Origin: Hyphomicrobium sp.
Lineage (GTDB): Bacteria; Pseudomonadota; Alphaproteobacteria; Rhizobiales; Hyphomicrobiaceae
Assembly (NCBI GenBank): GCA_052388455.1
Contig: JBQTIA010000092.1
Coordinates: 10,003 to 74,002 of the forward strand
Direction of reading: 5' to 3'
DNA: 64,000 nt
Positions 1-9,850 of the stretch are shown piece by piece. The notes beneath the pieces were generated by a model. It was given only the letters and a program-made list of their open reading frames with translations, made no database searches and was not told the DNA's origin. The position numbers and the translations under genes are program-made. Each line of letters starts with the position of its first letter. Within the stretch, counting starts at the first letter, position 1.

Positions 1-574
1 GGCGGCCGAAGCTCTCCTGATCCTCGGCGAGACCGTCGAGCTTCTTCAGGACCTTGCCGGCCCGCTTTTCGAGGCTCGGACGCCACACGTCGACGAGAGC
101 CTTGGCCGACGGCGGCGGCGGGCGGCCGGTCAGCCGCTCGCGCACCAGCAGGGCGAGCGCATCCTCAAGCGGGGCCTGCGCCTTGTCGGAAACCCGCGCG
201 AAGCGGCCGTGCGCGTAGGTATCCTCGCATTTGGCCGCCAGGTTGTCGCCCATGCCCGACATGCGGATGGCGCCGAGCGCCTCGACGCGGGCCCGCTCGG
301 CCGCTTCGAACACGGCGCGGGCGTCGCCCGAGGCGGGTGCCAGCTTGCGGTGCAGCTTCTCGTCGTGGCACGCGGCGGTCAGCGCAAGACTGTCGGCCCA
401 GCCGCGGATGACAGCGATCTCGCGCGGGGAGGGCGCGCGCGAGGGCTCGGGAAGCTGCACGCTCTTGCCGTCCAGCTCCGGGCGGCCTGGACCAAACCCG
501 ACCTGCACCTCGTCGTCCCCGGCGATGGCGCGCACCGCTATGCCGAGCGCCCGCTTGAACGGCTCTGTCGGCAT
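1..574 (-). CDS. cobT: cobaltochelatase subunit CobT-like protein, N-terminal part (gene runs off the window start)
   Basis: My own minus-strand translation from the ATG at comp. 572-574 reads MPTEPFKRALGIAVRAIAGDDEVQVGF...LTAACHDEKLHRKLAP...VFEAAERARVEALG...LLVRERLTGRPPP. The frame stays open to position 1, so it is absent from the ORF track (no stop in the window). It matches the conserved CobT N-terminus as I remember it and lies downstream of cobS. Confidence 0.8.
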   Translation of the reverse strand, partial: MPTEPFKRALGIAVRAIAGDDEVQVGFGPGRPELDGKSVQLPEPSRAPSPREIAVIRGWADSLALTAACHDEKLHRKLAPASGDARAVFEAAERARVEALGAIRMSGMGDNLAAKCEDTYAHGRFARVSDKAQAPLEDALALLVRERLTGRPPPPSAKALVDVWRPSLEKRAGKVLKKLDGLAEDQESFGR

Positions 575-597
575 CTCGCGGCGTTTGGGAGAAGTCG

Positions 598-1068
598 TCA
601 CCGGGCCACGATCTCGCGTGTCATGAGGTCGTCGAAGGAGTAGGGCCAGGTTTCGGGGAAGGTCTCATAGGGCAAATTCGTTTCGGCTACGGCGCGATCA
701 CGACCGTCGGCGTAGCCTATCGTGATGGCCTCTTGGACCAGCGACTTCAGGCCGGGATTTTTCATCATAACTCGCGCAATACCTCGTCGCTGTTCCGCGA
801 CGGTGGCTTGCCAACTTCGCGACCTGCGTTCGCGCTGATGATCCCATTTGAGGAGGTGCATGGTCAGAACGGCAATGGCGTTCTCCAGCTTGTCGAGCTG
901 TTCATTTCCCACGTCCGACAGCTCCTCGGCCACATTTGCAGCGTCGATGCCATCGACCCGGCCCGCGCGCAGCAGGGCGACCTGCTCCTGCATCCAGGTG
1001 TAGAGGTCGTCCTCGTATCGGGTTCCGGTCGAGGCTTGCGTCGGGGGCTTGGTTGCGTGACGGCCCAT
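598..1068 (-). CDS. DUF29 family protein
   Basis: Lies within ORF 598..1203. Start placed at the Met of MGRHATKPP (comp. 1066-1068). The segment YEDDLYTWMQEQVALLRAGRVDGIDAANVAEELSDVGNEQLDKLENAIAVLTMHLLKW is DUF29-like. GC looks lower than in flanking cobS/cobT. Confidence 0.65.
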   Translation of the reverse strand: MGRHATKPPTQASTGTRYEDDLYTWMQEQVALLRAGRVDGIDAANVAEELSDVGNEQLDKLENAIAVLTMHLLKWDHQRERRSRSWQATVAEQRRGIARVMMKNPGLKSLVQEAITIGYADGRDRAVAETNLPYETFPETWPYSFDDLMTREIVAR

Positions 1069-1106
1069 GGACAACTCGCTTTTTGATACGGTCGAGCCGG
1101 AGCAGC

Positions 1107-2114
1107 TCAGCTCAGCGCGACGTTGGCCGCGCTTTCGGGCAGCTCTTCTCCGAAGCAGCGCTGATAGAACTCGGCGACCAGCGGTCGCTCCAGCTCGTCG
1201 CACTTGTTCAGGAACGTGACACGGAAGGCGAAGCCGATGTCGTCGAAGATGACGGCGTTCTCGGCCCAGGTCATCACCGTGCGCGGGCTCATGACAGTCG
1301 AGAGGTCGCCGTTGACGAACGCGGATCGCGTCAGGTCGGCCACGCGCACCATGTTCGAGACGAGCTTGCGGCCGGCCTCGCTCTTGGCGAACGTCTTGAC
1401 CTTCGACAGTACGATCTTCGCCTCGTCGTCGTGCGGCAGATAGTTGAGGGTCGTCACGATCGACCAGCGGTCCATCTGGCCCTGATTGATCTGCTGCGTG
1501 CCGTGATAGAGGCCAGACGTGTCGCCGAGGCCGATGGTGTTGGTGGTGGCGAACAAGCGGAACGCCGGATGCGGCCGGATCACCTTCGACTGGTCGAGCA
1601 GCGTCAGCTTGCCCGAGACTTCGAGCACTCGCTGGATGACGAACATCACGTCCGGCCGGCCGGCGTCGTACTCGTCGAACACAAGCGCGGTGTTGGATTG
1701 CAGCGCGTAGGGAAGGATTCCCTCGCGGAACTCGGTGATCTGCTTGCCGTCCTTCAGAACGATCGCATCCTTGCCGACGAGGTCGATGCGCGAGATGTGG
1801 CTATCGAGATTGATGCGGATGCACGGCCAATTGAGCCGCGCCGCCACCTGCTCGATGTGGGTCGATTTGCCGGTGCCGTGGTAGCCCTGCACCATTACGC
1901 GGCGGTTGTGCTTGAAGCCGGCCAGGATGGCGAGCGTCACCTCGCGGTTGAACAGATAGTCCGAGTCCAGATCGGGCACGTGCTCATCGGACTTCGAATA
2001 CGCCGGGACTTCGAGATCGCTGTCGATACCGAACACCTGGCGCACCGACACCTTCATGTCGGGCAGGGCAGGCGAACCAGCCTGAGCTTGGGCGTTCATG
2101 TCGTGGCGTTCCAA
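1107..2114 (-). CDS. cobS: cobaltochelatase subunit CobS (MoxR-type AAA+ ATPase)
   Basis: 335-aa ORF with Walker A in [40 protein letters not shown] and the CobS-typical [31 protein letters not shown]. The start could instead be the internal Met at 2099. Confidence 0.9.
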   Translation of the reverse strand: MERHDMNAQAQAGSPALPDMKVSVRQVFGIDSDLEVPAYSKSDEHVPDLDSDYLFNREVTLAILAGFKHNRRVMVQGYHGTGKSTHIEQVAARLNWPCIRINLDSHISRIDLVGKDAIVLKDGKQITEFREGILPYALQSNTALVFDEYDAGRPDVMFVIQRVLEVSGKLTLLDQSKVIRPHPAFRLFATTNTIGLGDTSGLYHGTQQINQGQMDRWSIVTTLNYLPHDDEAKIVLSKVKTFAKSEAGRKLVSNMVRVADLTRSAFVNGDLSTVMSPRTVMTWAENAVIFDDIGFAFRVTFLNKCDELERPLVAEFYQRCFGEELPESAANVALS

Positions 2115-2209
2115 AGCTGGTCCGCGGCCCGAGGAGGCCGGCGAAAGGTTGTCCCCTCGCTGCTCGACGTCTGTCGACGCCGTCGAGGATCATCGGTGAA
2201 GCCGGAAAA

Positions 2210-2848
2210 TTAGACCAGGCCCGCCTGCTTCAGATGGTTATAGGCGTGGATGATGTCGCGCAACCGCTCCTCGGAGCGGTTGTCCCCGCCGTTGGCATCC
2301 GGATGATGCAGCTTGACCAGTTCCTTGAAGCGCGACTTGATTTCTTCCCGCGCGGCTGTCTCATCCAGATTGAGGGCTTCCAGCGCTTTCCTCTCCATCG
2401 GACGCAGCTGGCGGCGGCTCTCGGCCGGCTCTTCGCGCGCCTTCTTCGCCCGCCAGGCGAAAAACCCGTGCGGATCGCTGCCGACGCCGGCCGTCTGCTT
2501 GGCATTGGCAGCGTTGGTCGCCCCGGTGCTGGTGCCGTGCGCCCAGGAATTGGCACCCATCTTCCAGGTCGGACGGTGGCCGGTGAGGGCGTCCTTCTGG
2601 AAGTCCAGAACCTCGCTGTCGGACATGCCGTCGAAATAGTTATAGGAGTGATTGTACTGGCGGATGTGATCCACACAGAACATGAAAAACTCCCCGTCGT
2701 GCCCGCGGCCGCGCGGGGCGCGATGCGGCGCCGGCTTCCCACACCCTTTCCACTGGCAGGGTGGATGGCGCTGGTCGGATTCCCCCGCCGTCGCGGCCCG
2801 TTTGGTGCCGGCGCGGATGGAATCGAAGTATTTCGAGTTCAGTTTCAT
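2210..2848 (-). CDS. J-domain (DnaJ-like) protein with N-terminal Cys/His cluster
   Basis: C-terminal J domain with HPD (EIKSRFKELVKLHHPDANGG). N-terminal CQWKGCGK...FCVDH cluster. Start placed at MKLNSKYF (comp. 2846-2848). The position between bolA and cobS is typical for alphaproteobacteria. Confidence 0.75.
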   Translation of the reverse strand: MKLNSKYFDSIRAGTKRAATAGESDQRHPPCQWKGCGKPAPHRAPRGRGHDGEFFMFCVDHIRQYNHSYNYFDGMSDSEVLDFQKDALTGHRPTWKMGANSWAHGTSTGATNAANAKQTAGVGSDPHGFFAWRAKKAREEPAESRRQLRPMERKALEALNLDETAAREEIKSRFKELVKLHHPDANGGDNRSEERLRDIIHAYNHLKQAGLV

Positions 2849-2984
2849 GGTGGCGTGAGTATGATCCCTGCCGAACCGACCGACAACCCTCGACATGACG
2901 GCAAAGGGCCTCAGTCGCGGCGTCCGTCACCCCCTGGCCACAGACGCACACCACTATGTCCCGGCGATCATTAGGAGTTGCTGA

Positions 2985-3260
2985 ATGACGGCCGACGAGC
3001 GCATCCGCAGCAAGCTCATGCTGGCGCTGGAGCCGACCCGCCTCGATATCGTGAACGAGAGTGAATTGCATGCCGGTCATCGCAATTCTCCCGGCACCGG
3101 GGAGAGCCATTACCGCGTGCTGGTCGTGTCGCCGCTGTTCGCCGGCCTCTCGCGCGTGGCCCGCCACCGCCTGGTCAACGAAACCCTCGCGGAGGAACTG
3201 GCCGGCAAAGTCCACGCCCTTGCGCTGGCCACCTACGCGCCTGGAGAAACCATTCGATAG
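2985..3260 (+). CDS. bolA: BolA family protein
   Basis: 91 aa. VNESELHAGH...HYRVLVVSPLFAGLSRVARHRLVNETL...KVHALAL matches the BolA signature. Confidence 0.85.
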   Translation: MTADERIRSKLMLALEPTRLDIVNESELHAGHRNSPGTGESHYRVLVVSPLFAGLSRVARHRLVNETLAEELAGKVHALALATYAPGETIR

Positions 3261-3270
3261 CGAGCGACGT

Positions 3271-3301
3271 GCGCCGCGCTGGTGCGAACCAGTCGCGGCG
3301 C
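3271..3301. terminator. GC-rich hairpin between convergent genes (possible bidirectional terminator, no U-tract)
   Basis: gcgccgcgctgg / tgcgaa loop / ccagtcgcggcgc forms a 12-13 bp stem with one bulge. It sits between the bolA stop (3260) and the stop of the minus-strand small gene (3315). Confidence 0.3.
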
Positions 3302-3314
3302 GTTGCGGCGCAGG

Positions 3315-3602
3315 TTACCAGCGAGGTCCATAGCAGCGCCGCACGAGATCACAGTGGCGATAGCCCCAGCGGTCCCACCAGCAGTAACGCTCGAAGTGGC
3401 AACGGCGCGGATACCATGGCCCGCGCCAGTGACGGCCGCGATGCCAGCGTCTGTTGTGGACCAGTTCCACCGATCCGGCCTGCGCAGTTTTCAGATATTC
3501 GCCGGTCAGCTGGCCGGCGGCCGGCGCGGCCGGCGCCGAGGTCGCAGCGAAGGCAAGAGCCGCTGTCACGCTGAGCAGAGCAAGCGGCACAGTGCGTGTC
3601 AT
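3315..3602 (-). CDS. small secreted Arg/Trp/Cys/His-rich protein (hypothetical)
   Basis: Start placed at MTRTVPLALLSVTAALAFAATSAPA (signal-peptide-like; comp. 3600-3602). The mature part reads ...NRRWHRGRHWRGPWYPRRCHFERYCWWDRWGYRHCDLVRRCYGPRW. Confidence 0.5.
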   Translation of the reverse strand: MTRTVPLALLSVTAALAFAATSAPAAPAAGQLTGEYLKTAQAGSVELVHNRRWHRGRHWRGPWYPRRCHFERYCWWDRWGYRHCDLVRRCYGPRW

Positions 3603-4309
3603 GACCGTTTCTCCCTGTGTCCAGTGCAACGCGGCCCACCTTCTGTCGGGCGGGCGCGGCGTGCAAATTGTTCGAGGCGTGATTGCGGCAGAGTTGCAGC
3701 ACGCCGATGAACCGGCGATGAATGACGGACGGTGCGATTCCGTCGCCATTGCGAGACATCGATCGGTGATACGTCTGTGAACACTCCGCTTCGACGGTCG
3801 CGACGCTCAGGCCGCCGAACGCCGATTGAGCAATCGCCGAGCCCAGTCGCGAAACGCGACGTCGGAGACGACCGCTCCTGTGCAATCCCGGGTGACCAGA
3901 GGTGCGGTGGAGGGTGCAGGCGCGCGTGAGGCGATAGACCCCGTAGCGATCTCGAAACCGACCAGGATGATCACCGCGCACCCCAGGATGGCGTTAAACA
4001 TGCTGGCCGCAGCAAGCTCGCCCCGGGCCAACAATCGCGCGTGGTTTTCGGCAGCGGTCGCGGCATCGGCGTCGAAGGTTCCCTGTGACTTGCAATGAGC
4101 GTAGCGGTCATGGGTGGATTTCCCTCGTGTGGGACCGCCTCCCACATCTCTCCATCCACAAAATCTCAAAGTCGGATGGGCCCCGCCATGGGCAGTAACG
4201 GGCGGGTTTTTCACAGCCCGGCACGCCTCGCCTTGCCGCAGCCGCAGCAATGCGGGATTGTGAGGTCTTGTACGGTTGGCGCGTTTCGGCCGGCACTCCG
4301 CAAAAGGAC

Positions 4310-5074
4310 ATGACGGGCGTGTCAGAACGCAAGAGCAGCAGCGACGACGGCGGCAGCATAGCGACGCTGGTGCGTGAGGCACTCGCGCGACGGCGCATGT
4401 CGCGCCAGCGGCTGGCCGACGAGGCCCGCATCTCGATATCCACGCTGGAAAAAGCGCTTTCGGGCCGGCGCCCGTTCACGCTCGCGACCCTGGTCAGGAT
4501 CGAGGAGGCGCTCGGCGTCGCTCTGCGGCCCGCCGCTGCACGGAGCGACAAGAGCCCGACGACCGCCAACGGCGTCGCACCGGACCACCTCGGAAACTAC
4601 GCGCGCGCTGCGGTCCAGTGGATCGAGGGCGACTACCTTACGCTGCGCCCCTCGTTCGGCGAAAAGTCCGCGGTTTATGCTTATCGAACGGAAATCTACT
4701 GGGACGCCGCGGCCTCGACACTGGCTTTTCGCGAGTCGGAGCGCATCGATCGGGATTTCACCCAGTTCGGCGCGGTGTCGGTGCCGCACCAGTCGGGACA
4801 CATCTACCTCGTCACCAACCGGCACGGGCAGTACCGCCTCGTCATCGTCGCGCGGCCGACGATCACCGGAGAGATGCACGGCATCCTGACCACGCTGCAG
4901 GTTGGCCGCGGCGCGCAGCTGACACCGGTGGCGGCTCCGATCGTGCTCGTGCCGATGGAGGCCGACACGCCGCTCGCGTTCGGCCGCATCGCTGCGGGCC
5001 ACACCGCCTTTGCGAAATACCGCGCCCTTCTGCGGCGCACGCTCGACGACAGCTTCGCCAGCCTCGTCTATTGA
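4310..5074 (+). CDS. XRE (Cro/C1-type) HTH transcriptional regulator with uncharacterised C-terminal domain
   Basis: HTH segment SRQRLADEARISISTLEKALSGRRPFTLATLVRIEEALGV. The start is uncertain: ATG 4310 or the ORF start at 4250. Confidence 0.65.
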   Translation: MTGVSERKSSSDDGGSIATLVREALARRRMSRQRLADEARISISTLEKALSGRRPFTLATLVRIEEALGVALRPAAARSDKSPTTANGVAPDHLGNYARAAVQWIEGDYLTLRPSFGEKSAVYAYRTEIYWDAAASTLAFRESERIDRDFTQFGAVSVPHQSGHIYLVTNRHGQYRLVIVARPTITGEMHGILTTLQVGRGAQLTPVAAPIVLVPMEADTPLAFGRIAAGHTAFAKYRALLRRTLDDSFASLVY

Positions 5075-5082
5075 CCCCAAGC

Positions 5083-5847
5083 TCAGCCGCGGCCGATGTA
5101 GGGCATCCTGGTCGCCATCAGCGTCATGAACTGCACGTTGGCGTCGAGCGGCAGATTGGCCATGTAGAGCACAGCGCGTGCCACATGCTCGACCTCGAAA
5201 CGCGGCTCGACGAGGCGGGTCCCGTTCGGCTGCAGAGAGCCAGGCCCGGTCACCATCGGCAGCGTCAGGTCAGTCTCTGCGTTGCCGATGTCGATCTGCG
5301 AGCAGGCGATGTCGTGGGCGCGGCCGTCGAGCGCGATGGATTTGGTCAGCCCGGTCATGGCGTGCTTGGAGGCCGTGTAGGCGACCGCGTTCGGCCGCGG
5401 GGCATGGGCGGAGATCGAGCCGTTGTTGATGATGCGTCCGCCGCGCGGCGTCTGCGACTTCATCAGTCGGATGGCGCCCTGTGCGCAGAGAAAGGCTCCC
5501 GTCACGTTGACGTCAATCACCTGCTGCCACTGCTCCAGCGCCAGATCCTCGATCGGCACCGGTGGCGTGAAGGTGCCCGCGTTGTTGAACAGCACGTCGA
5601 GGCGGCCGAAGGCGTCCTTGGTGCGGGCGAACAGCGTGTTGACGGCGACGGGATCGGCGACGTTGCCCGCGACGGCGAGCATCCTGCCGCGATCGGGCAC
5701 ACCCGCAACCGCCGTCTTTTCGAGCTCGGGCTTGCGTCTCCCCGTCAGCACGCAGTCGTAGCCGTCCGCTTGCAGGGCCAGTGCAACCGCCCTCCCGATG
5801 CCGCTGCCAGCACCTGTGATCAGGGCGACGCGTGAAGGGGTGCTCAT
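5083..5847 (-). CDS. short-chain dehydrogenase/reductase (SDR) family oxidoreductase
   Basis: Start at [20 protein letters not shown] (TGxxxGxG), then NNAG and the catalytic YTASK. The 566-aa ORF in the track is an unrealistic upstream extension. Confidence 0.85.
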   Translation of the reverse strand: MSTPSRVALITGAGSGIGRAVALALQADGYDCVLTGRRKPELEKTAVAGVPDRGRMLAVAGNVADPVAVNTLFARTKDAFGRLDVLFNNAGTFTPPVPIEDLALEQWQQVIDVNVTGAFLCAQGAIRLMKSQTPRGGRIINNGSISAHAPRPNAVAYTASKHAMTGLTKSIALDGRAHDIACSQIDIGNAETDLTLPMVTGPGSLQPNGTRLVEPRFEVEHVARAVLYMANLPLDANVQFMTLMATRMPYIGRG

Positions 5848-7535
5848 GGCAACGGACTCGCTGTATGGGAGGGATGTATCGTAGCATCGCCCTCCGCCAC
5901 CAGCCATCCGGAATAGCGGACCAGCAGCCCGGCCCGCAGCGGCAGGTGGGCTTCGACGTCGAAATGATAGCGGCCGTCGCGCTCGCTTTCGAGGGTGCGG
6001 ATGTCGGGATGCAGGACGCGAGGCACTGGCAATCCGAAAACCGAAAGACGTTCCAGGACGAGCCGCTGGCCGCCGGCATGGGCCTCGACGCGAAAGACGA
6101 AGCGCATCCCCTTCGTCGTTTCGATCAGCCGGCCGCCCTTGATGAACTGCCGGGTGCGAAACATGCTCGGGGCCGGTTCTCCACCAGCAAACCCGCGAAC
6201 CCAGACCTCTCCATCGCCCTCGGGACGAACGGCGTAGACGAAGCCCGGCTGTGGGCCTGCCGTTTCGCGCGGAAACGGCATCAGCCACGTCGCCAGCCGG
6301 GCCGCCGGCGAGCGCCCGTGCTCGACGCTCGCCTCCCCTCGCCAAAGCTCCGGACGCAGCGTCTCGTGCAGGCGGCGGACCGCAGCCGGCAAATGGTCGA
6401 AGTCCGATCCGAGCAGGCGGCGGTAGAGAGGCAGCGGACCAGTCGAAATCCTGAGATCGGTCACCTCGCTGAGCACCTCTTCCAGCGAGACCATCTCGAA
6501 GCACGGCGCCGCTCCGCGAAGGCTGCCGTCGCCGCGCGCGAGCCTTCGCGCCAGTATCACGCACGCGAGCGTCGGCACGAAGAGCCCGTCGCCCGCGTCG
6601 GCGGCGAGCGACCACAGCACCGAATGCGGCCGGCCGTCCCGGCCCCGTCCGGCGATGGCGATCCGCATCCCACCGCGATTGGAGCCCATGCCGGAGAACC
6701 GGCTTTTCAATCGGGTCAGGAAGGAAGCCATGCGCGACGGCTGGGCGATCAGCCCGATCCGTGCCGGCCAGGAGAGCAGCCACAAACCGATCTGGAACAG
6801 CCCAACCTCCAGCCCGGCGCGAAAATCGATGCGTTGAAGTGTGGGGTAGCGGGCCTGAAAGAGATCGAGATCCGGCACGTCGCAGTGGGCGGTCCAGCGG
6901 CGGCCAAGACCCGGGAAATGCAGACGGCTGAGACCCTGCCAGCCGTAGACCACGCGCGGCGCGGGACGGCCCGGCACGGAGATCGGCTGTCCGAGGTAGC
7001 TCAGCCCGGCCGCCGCCGTGGCGACGCCCGGCTCGAAACCGCTGCCGGGCGAAATGGCAATCTCGATCTCTTCCACGTCGCGGAACTCGGGCGCGAAGTG
7101 AGCGACAACCGCCGACGAAACGCCGGGCACCGAGCTGGCCCCGGAGATGATAGCCACGCCGGCGTCCTTCGCGTCGGCGTCGAGCGCCGCGATACCTGTG
7201 ACGAAGCCGCGCGCGTCGGCGAGATCGACGTAATGGCAGCCGGCCGCGATGCAGGAGCGGGCGAGGCGATAGTCCTGACCCTGGAAAGGTCCCGAGGCGT
7301 TGACGACGACAGTGGGTGCGAGGGCGGCGAGGGCGGCGTCACCCACGCGTTCCGCATCGATGACCGCGCTGTCGATCGTCGCCTTGGCGCCGAGCCGGAG
7401 CGAGGCCGAGTGGCGCGCGGCGCGCTCGCCGTCGCGTCCCGCGATGACGACCTCGACGTCACTTTCCCGAGCCAAACGCTCGGCGACGCGCGACCCGAAC
7501 GCCCCGTATCCGCCGACGATCACGATCCGAGGCAC
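5844..7535 (-). CDS. saccharopine dehydrogenase-like NAD(P)-binding protein with DUF4166-like C-terminal domain
   Basis: N-terminal Rossmann motif [18 protein letters not shown]. The C-terminal ~170 aa ([10 protein letters not shown]...VWVRGF...RFVFRVEA...) resemble DUF4166 as I recall it. Its stop overlaps the SDR start (ATGA), which suggests an operon. Confidence 0.6.
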   Translation of the reverse strand: MPRIVIVGGYGAFGSRVAERLARESDVEVVIAGRDGERAARHSASLRLGAKATIDSAVIDAERVGDAALAALAPTVVVNASGPFQGQDYRLARSCIAAGCHYVDLADARGFVTGIAALDADAKDAGVAIISGASSVPGVSSAVVAHFAPEFRDVEEIEIAISPGSGFEPGVATAAAGLSYLGQPISVPGRPAPRVVYGWQGLSRLHFPGLGRRWTAHCDVPDLDLFQARYPTLQRIDFRAGLEVGLFQIGLWLLSWPARIGLIAQPSRMASFLTRLKSRFSGMGSNRGGMRIAIAGRGRDGRPHSVLWSLAADAGDGLFVPTLACVILARRLARGDGSLRGAAPCFEMVSLEEVLSEVTDLRISTGPLPLYRRLLGSDFDHLPAAVRRLHETLRPELWRGEASVEHGRSPAARLATWLMPFPRETAGPQPGFVYAVRPEGDGEVWVRGFAGGEPAPSMFRTRQFIKGGRLIETTKGMRFVFRVEAHAGGQRLVLERLSVFGLPVPRVLHPDIRTLESERDGRYHFDVEAHLPLRAGLLVRYSGWLVAEGDATIHPSHTASPLP

Positions 7536-7571
7536 GTCGCATCTCCGCTGTTCGTCCCGCGGGGCGCCGGC

Positions 7572-8339
7572 CTACTTGTGGCCTTTCTTGCCGGCCGTCG
7601 ACGACTTGGCAGGCGGCGCGCTGGCCGCCGCCGGGGTCGACGGCATCGCCTCGGCGGATGCGATCAGGATTTCCTGGGCTGGCACATCCCGGGGTACAGG
7701 AGCTGCCGGCTTCTTCGGTTCAGATCTGCCATGGCTGGCATCATGCTTTTCGCCGGGTGCGCCGCCCCCGTGACCACCGTTGCCGTTGGCAGGACTGTCA
7801 TGACTCGAGGACTCGTGCCCGGCGATGCGGTCGGCCAGCGCCAGCAGCACGCTCGACACGACGAAAACGACATGTATCAGCACCAGGAAATAGAGATCCC
7901 GGTCGGAGACCTTGTTCAGGGCCATGAACTGCTTGAGGAGCTGAATCGCCGAAATGGCGACGATCGAGGAGAGCAGTTTCAGCTTGAGTGCGCTGAAGTC
8001 GATCGTTCCCATCCATGCCGGCCAGTCTCGATGGCCGGCGTGATCGATGCGGGAGACGAAATTCTCGTAGCCCGAAAAGATGACGATGATCAGAAGGGAG
8101 CCGGTCAGCGCCATGTCGACCAGCGACAGCACGCCGACGATCACCTCCGGCTCGGTCATCGTGAAGGCGCCGACCACCAGATGCAGAAGTTCGACCATGA
8201 ACTTGATCAGCAGGACGACGATCGAAATGGCCAACCCGAGATAGAAGGGCGCCAGCAGCCAGCGGCTGCCGAAGAGAACGGTCTCGATGAGCGTCTCCGT
8301 CGAGCGCGAGTATTTCAGCCAAAGCGAATCCTGCTGCAT
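7572..8339 (-). CDS. yqhA: UPF0114/YqhA family inner-membrane protein with a long His/Gly/Pro/Ala-rich C-terminal tail
   Basis: SRWLLAPFYLGL...LSLVDMALTGSLLIIVIFSGYENFVSRID...LKLKLLSSIVAISAIQLL aligns closely with E. coli YqhA as I remember it. About 85 extra low-complexity residues follow at the C-terminus. Confidence 0.8.
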   Translation of the reverse strand: MQQDSLWLKYSRSTETLIETVLFGSRWLLAPFYLGLAISIVVLLIKFMVELLHLVVGAFTMTEPEVIVGVLSLVDMALTGSLLIIVIFSGYENFVSRIDHAGHRDWPAWMGTIDFSALKLKLLSSIVAISAIQLLKQFMALNKVSDRDLYFLVLIHVVFVVSSVLLALADRIAGHESSSHDSPANGNGGHGGGAPGEKHDASHGRSEPKKPAAPVPRDVPAQEILIASAEAMPSTPAAASAPPAKSSTAGKKGHK

Positions 8340-8463
8340 GGATGGGTCCGATCTCCGATCGATGAGAAACGTCGTCTATGACACGCGTGAGAAAGGCGGG
8401 GCAAGCCGCGGCTCGGGATTTGGTTGTCCCGGTCGGCTGTGAGCAGGGCGCGGCGGATTACGG

Positions 8464-9651
8464 TTAGTTCCGGGAGGCGGTTTTCAGGCGCTTGCGACCG
8501 GATTGCGAGGCCGTGGCGACCCTGCGAGTGAGGGCTCGATCCTGGAGCGCCAGGAACCTCCGGCAGCTCGCCAGACCCGGCGAGCAGCGGTAGCTGCGAC
8601 CCTGCGACGACGACAGGCGCGGCTTGTTGAAGTTCTTGATGGCACTGACGTGGGCGCTGACGTGGCGGGCGACCGCCCCCAGGCTCGACACGGCGAGGTC
8701 GGCCGAAAGCCCGGACCCCGAGCGCGCGCCGATCAGCAGCCGCCGCATGATGTGTGCCGGCAGCGCGTCGTCCAGCCGGTCGAGCTGTGCGAGGACCGCC
8801 GCCGTCTCACGGCACACGCCGACCGGCCCCGTACGACCGCGCCCGTCGGCCGGCGCCGGGGCGATCTCATAGGCGTCGTTGCACACGCTGACCACTGGCG
8901 GCGTGCGGGTGCGCTCGAAGAGGTCGTAACCCTTCTGGAGGTTGCGCCAGAAGGGCACCCATTCGCTGTCCTTGTAGGCGGCGAAATTGTCCTCCGTCAT
9001 GCGGAACGGAAACACATGCACGGGGATGTGCTCCTGCCCCCCGGCCATCGCGGCAAGTGTCAGCAGCCAGATTTCCGAGATCAGCGGACTGGTCATCGCA
9101 AAGCAGCCGATGGAGTTGCAGCCGCCGTGGATGAGGATGGCCGACCCCGTCCGCCCGAGCACCCGGTCGAGGGCGTTGGGATAGCCGAGATTCAGCGACC
9201 CGGGCCAGCGGCCGACGCGATGAAGTCGCTCCTCGTTGACCGTGTAGAAGCCCTCCGGCGCCTGCTTGTCGCCGCGCAGCAGCTTCGGCCCGAGCCCGCC
9301 CGACCAGTGGCAGATCGAGTAGGTTTCGAAGAGCGAGAACGTGCCATCCTTCAGGGCCCAGATTTCGAGCTCCGAGGACGCTTTGAAAATGCGGATGAAA
9401 ATCGGCGTCCCGGGAACCATTTCCTTGAGTGAAAGCCGGTTGACCAGGTCGTCGACGTTCTCGGCCGGGGGAACAGGCACGCGGTCCACCGGTTCATTGG
9501 CGGCCGCGGGGAGCCGAGCGGCCGGCTGCGCGGTTGTGGCCTCCGCGGCGGCTACCGGCTGCGCGAGTGGAACGAGTGCACACGCCATTGCTGCCGCGCA
9601 AAGCGCCGCACGACCCATCGGCAAACGTGCTCGCCACCCAACGATGACCAT
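8464..9651 (-). CDS. YafK-like L,D-transpeptidase family protein (paralogue 1)
   Basis: Core reads IFIRIFKASSELEIW...YSICHWSGGLGPKLLRGDKQAPEGFY...ILIHGGCNSIGCFAMT (His/Cys catalytic motif). It has an N-terminal signal-like segment and a ~110-aa basic C-terminal extension. The start may be the Met at 9618. Confidence 0.75.
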   Translation of the reverse strand: MVIVGWRARLPMGRAALCAAAMACALVPLAQPVAAAEATTAQPAARLPAAANEPVDRVPVPPAENVDDLVNRLSLKEMVPGTPIFIRIFKASSELEIWALKDGTFSLFETYSICHWSGGLGPKLLRGDKQAPEGFYTVNEERLHRVGRWPGSLNLGYPNALDRVLGRTGSAILIHGGCNSIGCFAMTSPLISEIWLLTLAAMAGGQEHIPVHVFPFRMTEDNFAAYKDSEWVPFWRNLQKGYDLFERTRTPPVVSVCNDAYEIAPAPADGRGRTGPVGVCRETAAVLAQLDRLDDALPAHIMRRLLIGARSGSGLSADLAVSSLGAVARHVSAHVSAIKNFNKPRLSSSQGRSYRCSPGLASCRRFLALQDRALTRRVATASQSGRKRLKTASRN

Positions 9652-9850
9652 TCAGCTCCTGATCTCAAACCGAGATTCGCCAGCCTCGCTGGCCGATGGG
9701 AGGAGAGCACACCTCCCTGGGCATTGAAACACCTATCTGCCGCACTGCGGCATCGGGTGTCGCAGCAACCCGGCGAATCGAGCCGGAATTTTCCTCCCGC
9801 CTCCCGAATTGAACTCAAGAAGATCAAATCGTTGCAATCGTTATATTTTA

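Noticed and set aside
3603-4309. Possible genes in the spacer between the small secreted-peptide gene and the XRE regulator, e.g. minus-strand 3807..4001 (MFNAILGCAVIILVGFEIATGS..., 64 aa) within ORF 3807..4382
   Set aside because: Several overlapping ORFs exist in different frames. None has a recognisable motif or a convincing start or RBS. I cannot decide between them from sequence alone, so no feature is reported.
5848-6783. Upstream 312-codon extension of the SDR ORF (track ORF 5083..6783, 566 aa)
   Set aside because: The extension is Arg/Ala-rich nonsense and overlaps the well-supported saccharopine-dehydrogenase/DUF4166 gene in another frame. The SDR Rossmann motif starts right after the Met at 5847.
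5832-8381. 849-aa + strand ORF, with similar very long ORFs at 936..2213(+), 18138..19871(+), 20360..21871(+), 43617..45221(+), 48250..50205(+), 52353..53957(+), 42160..43350(-), 59573..62110(-), 37 kb (+) and 14898..16367(-)
   Set aside because: Each lies antisense to, or out of frame with, a gene that has unmistakable family motifs (YqhA, CobS, CysI, CysJ, NhaD-like, TrxB, RpoN, DapE, PBP-like, ArgH, TadG-like). Their translations are Arg/Ala/Gly/Pro-rich low-information sequence, typical of shadow ORFs in high-GC DNA.
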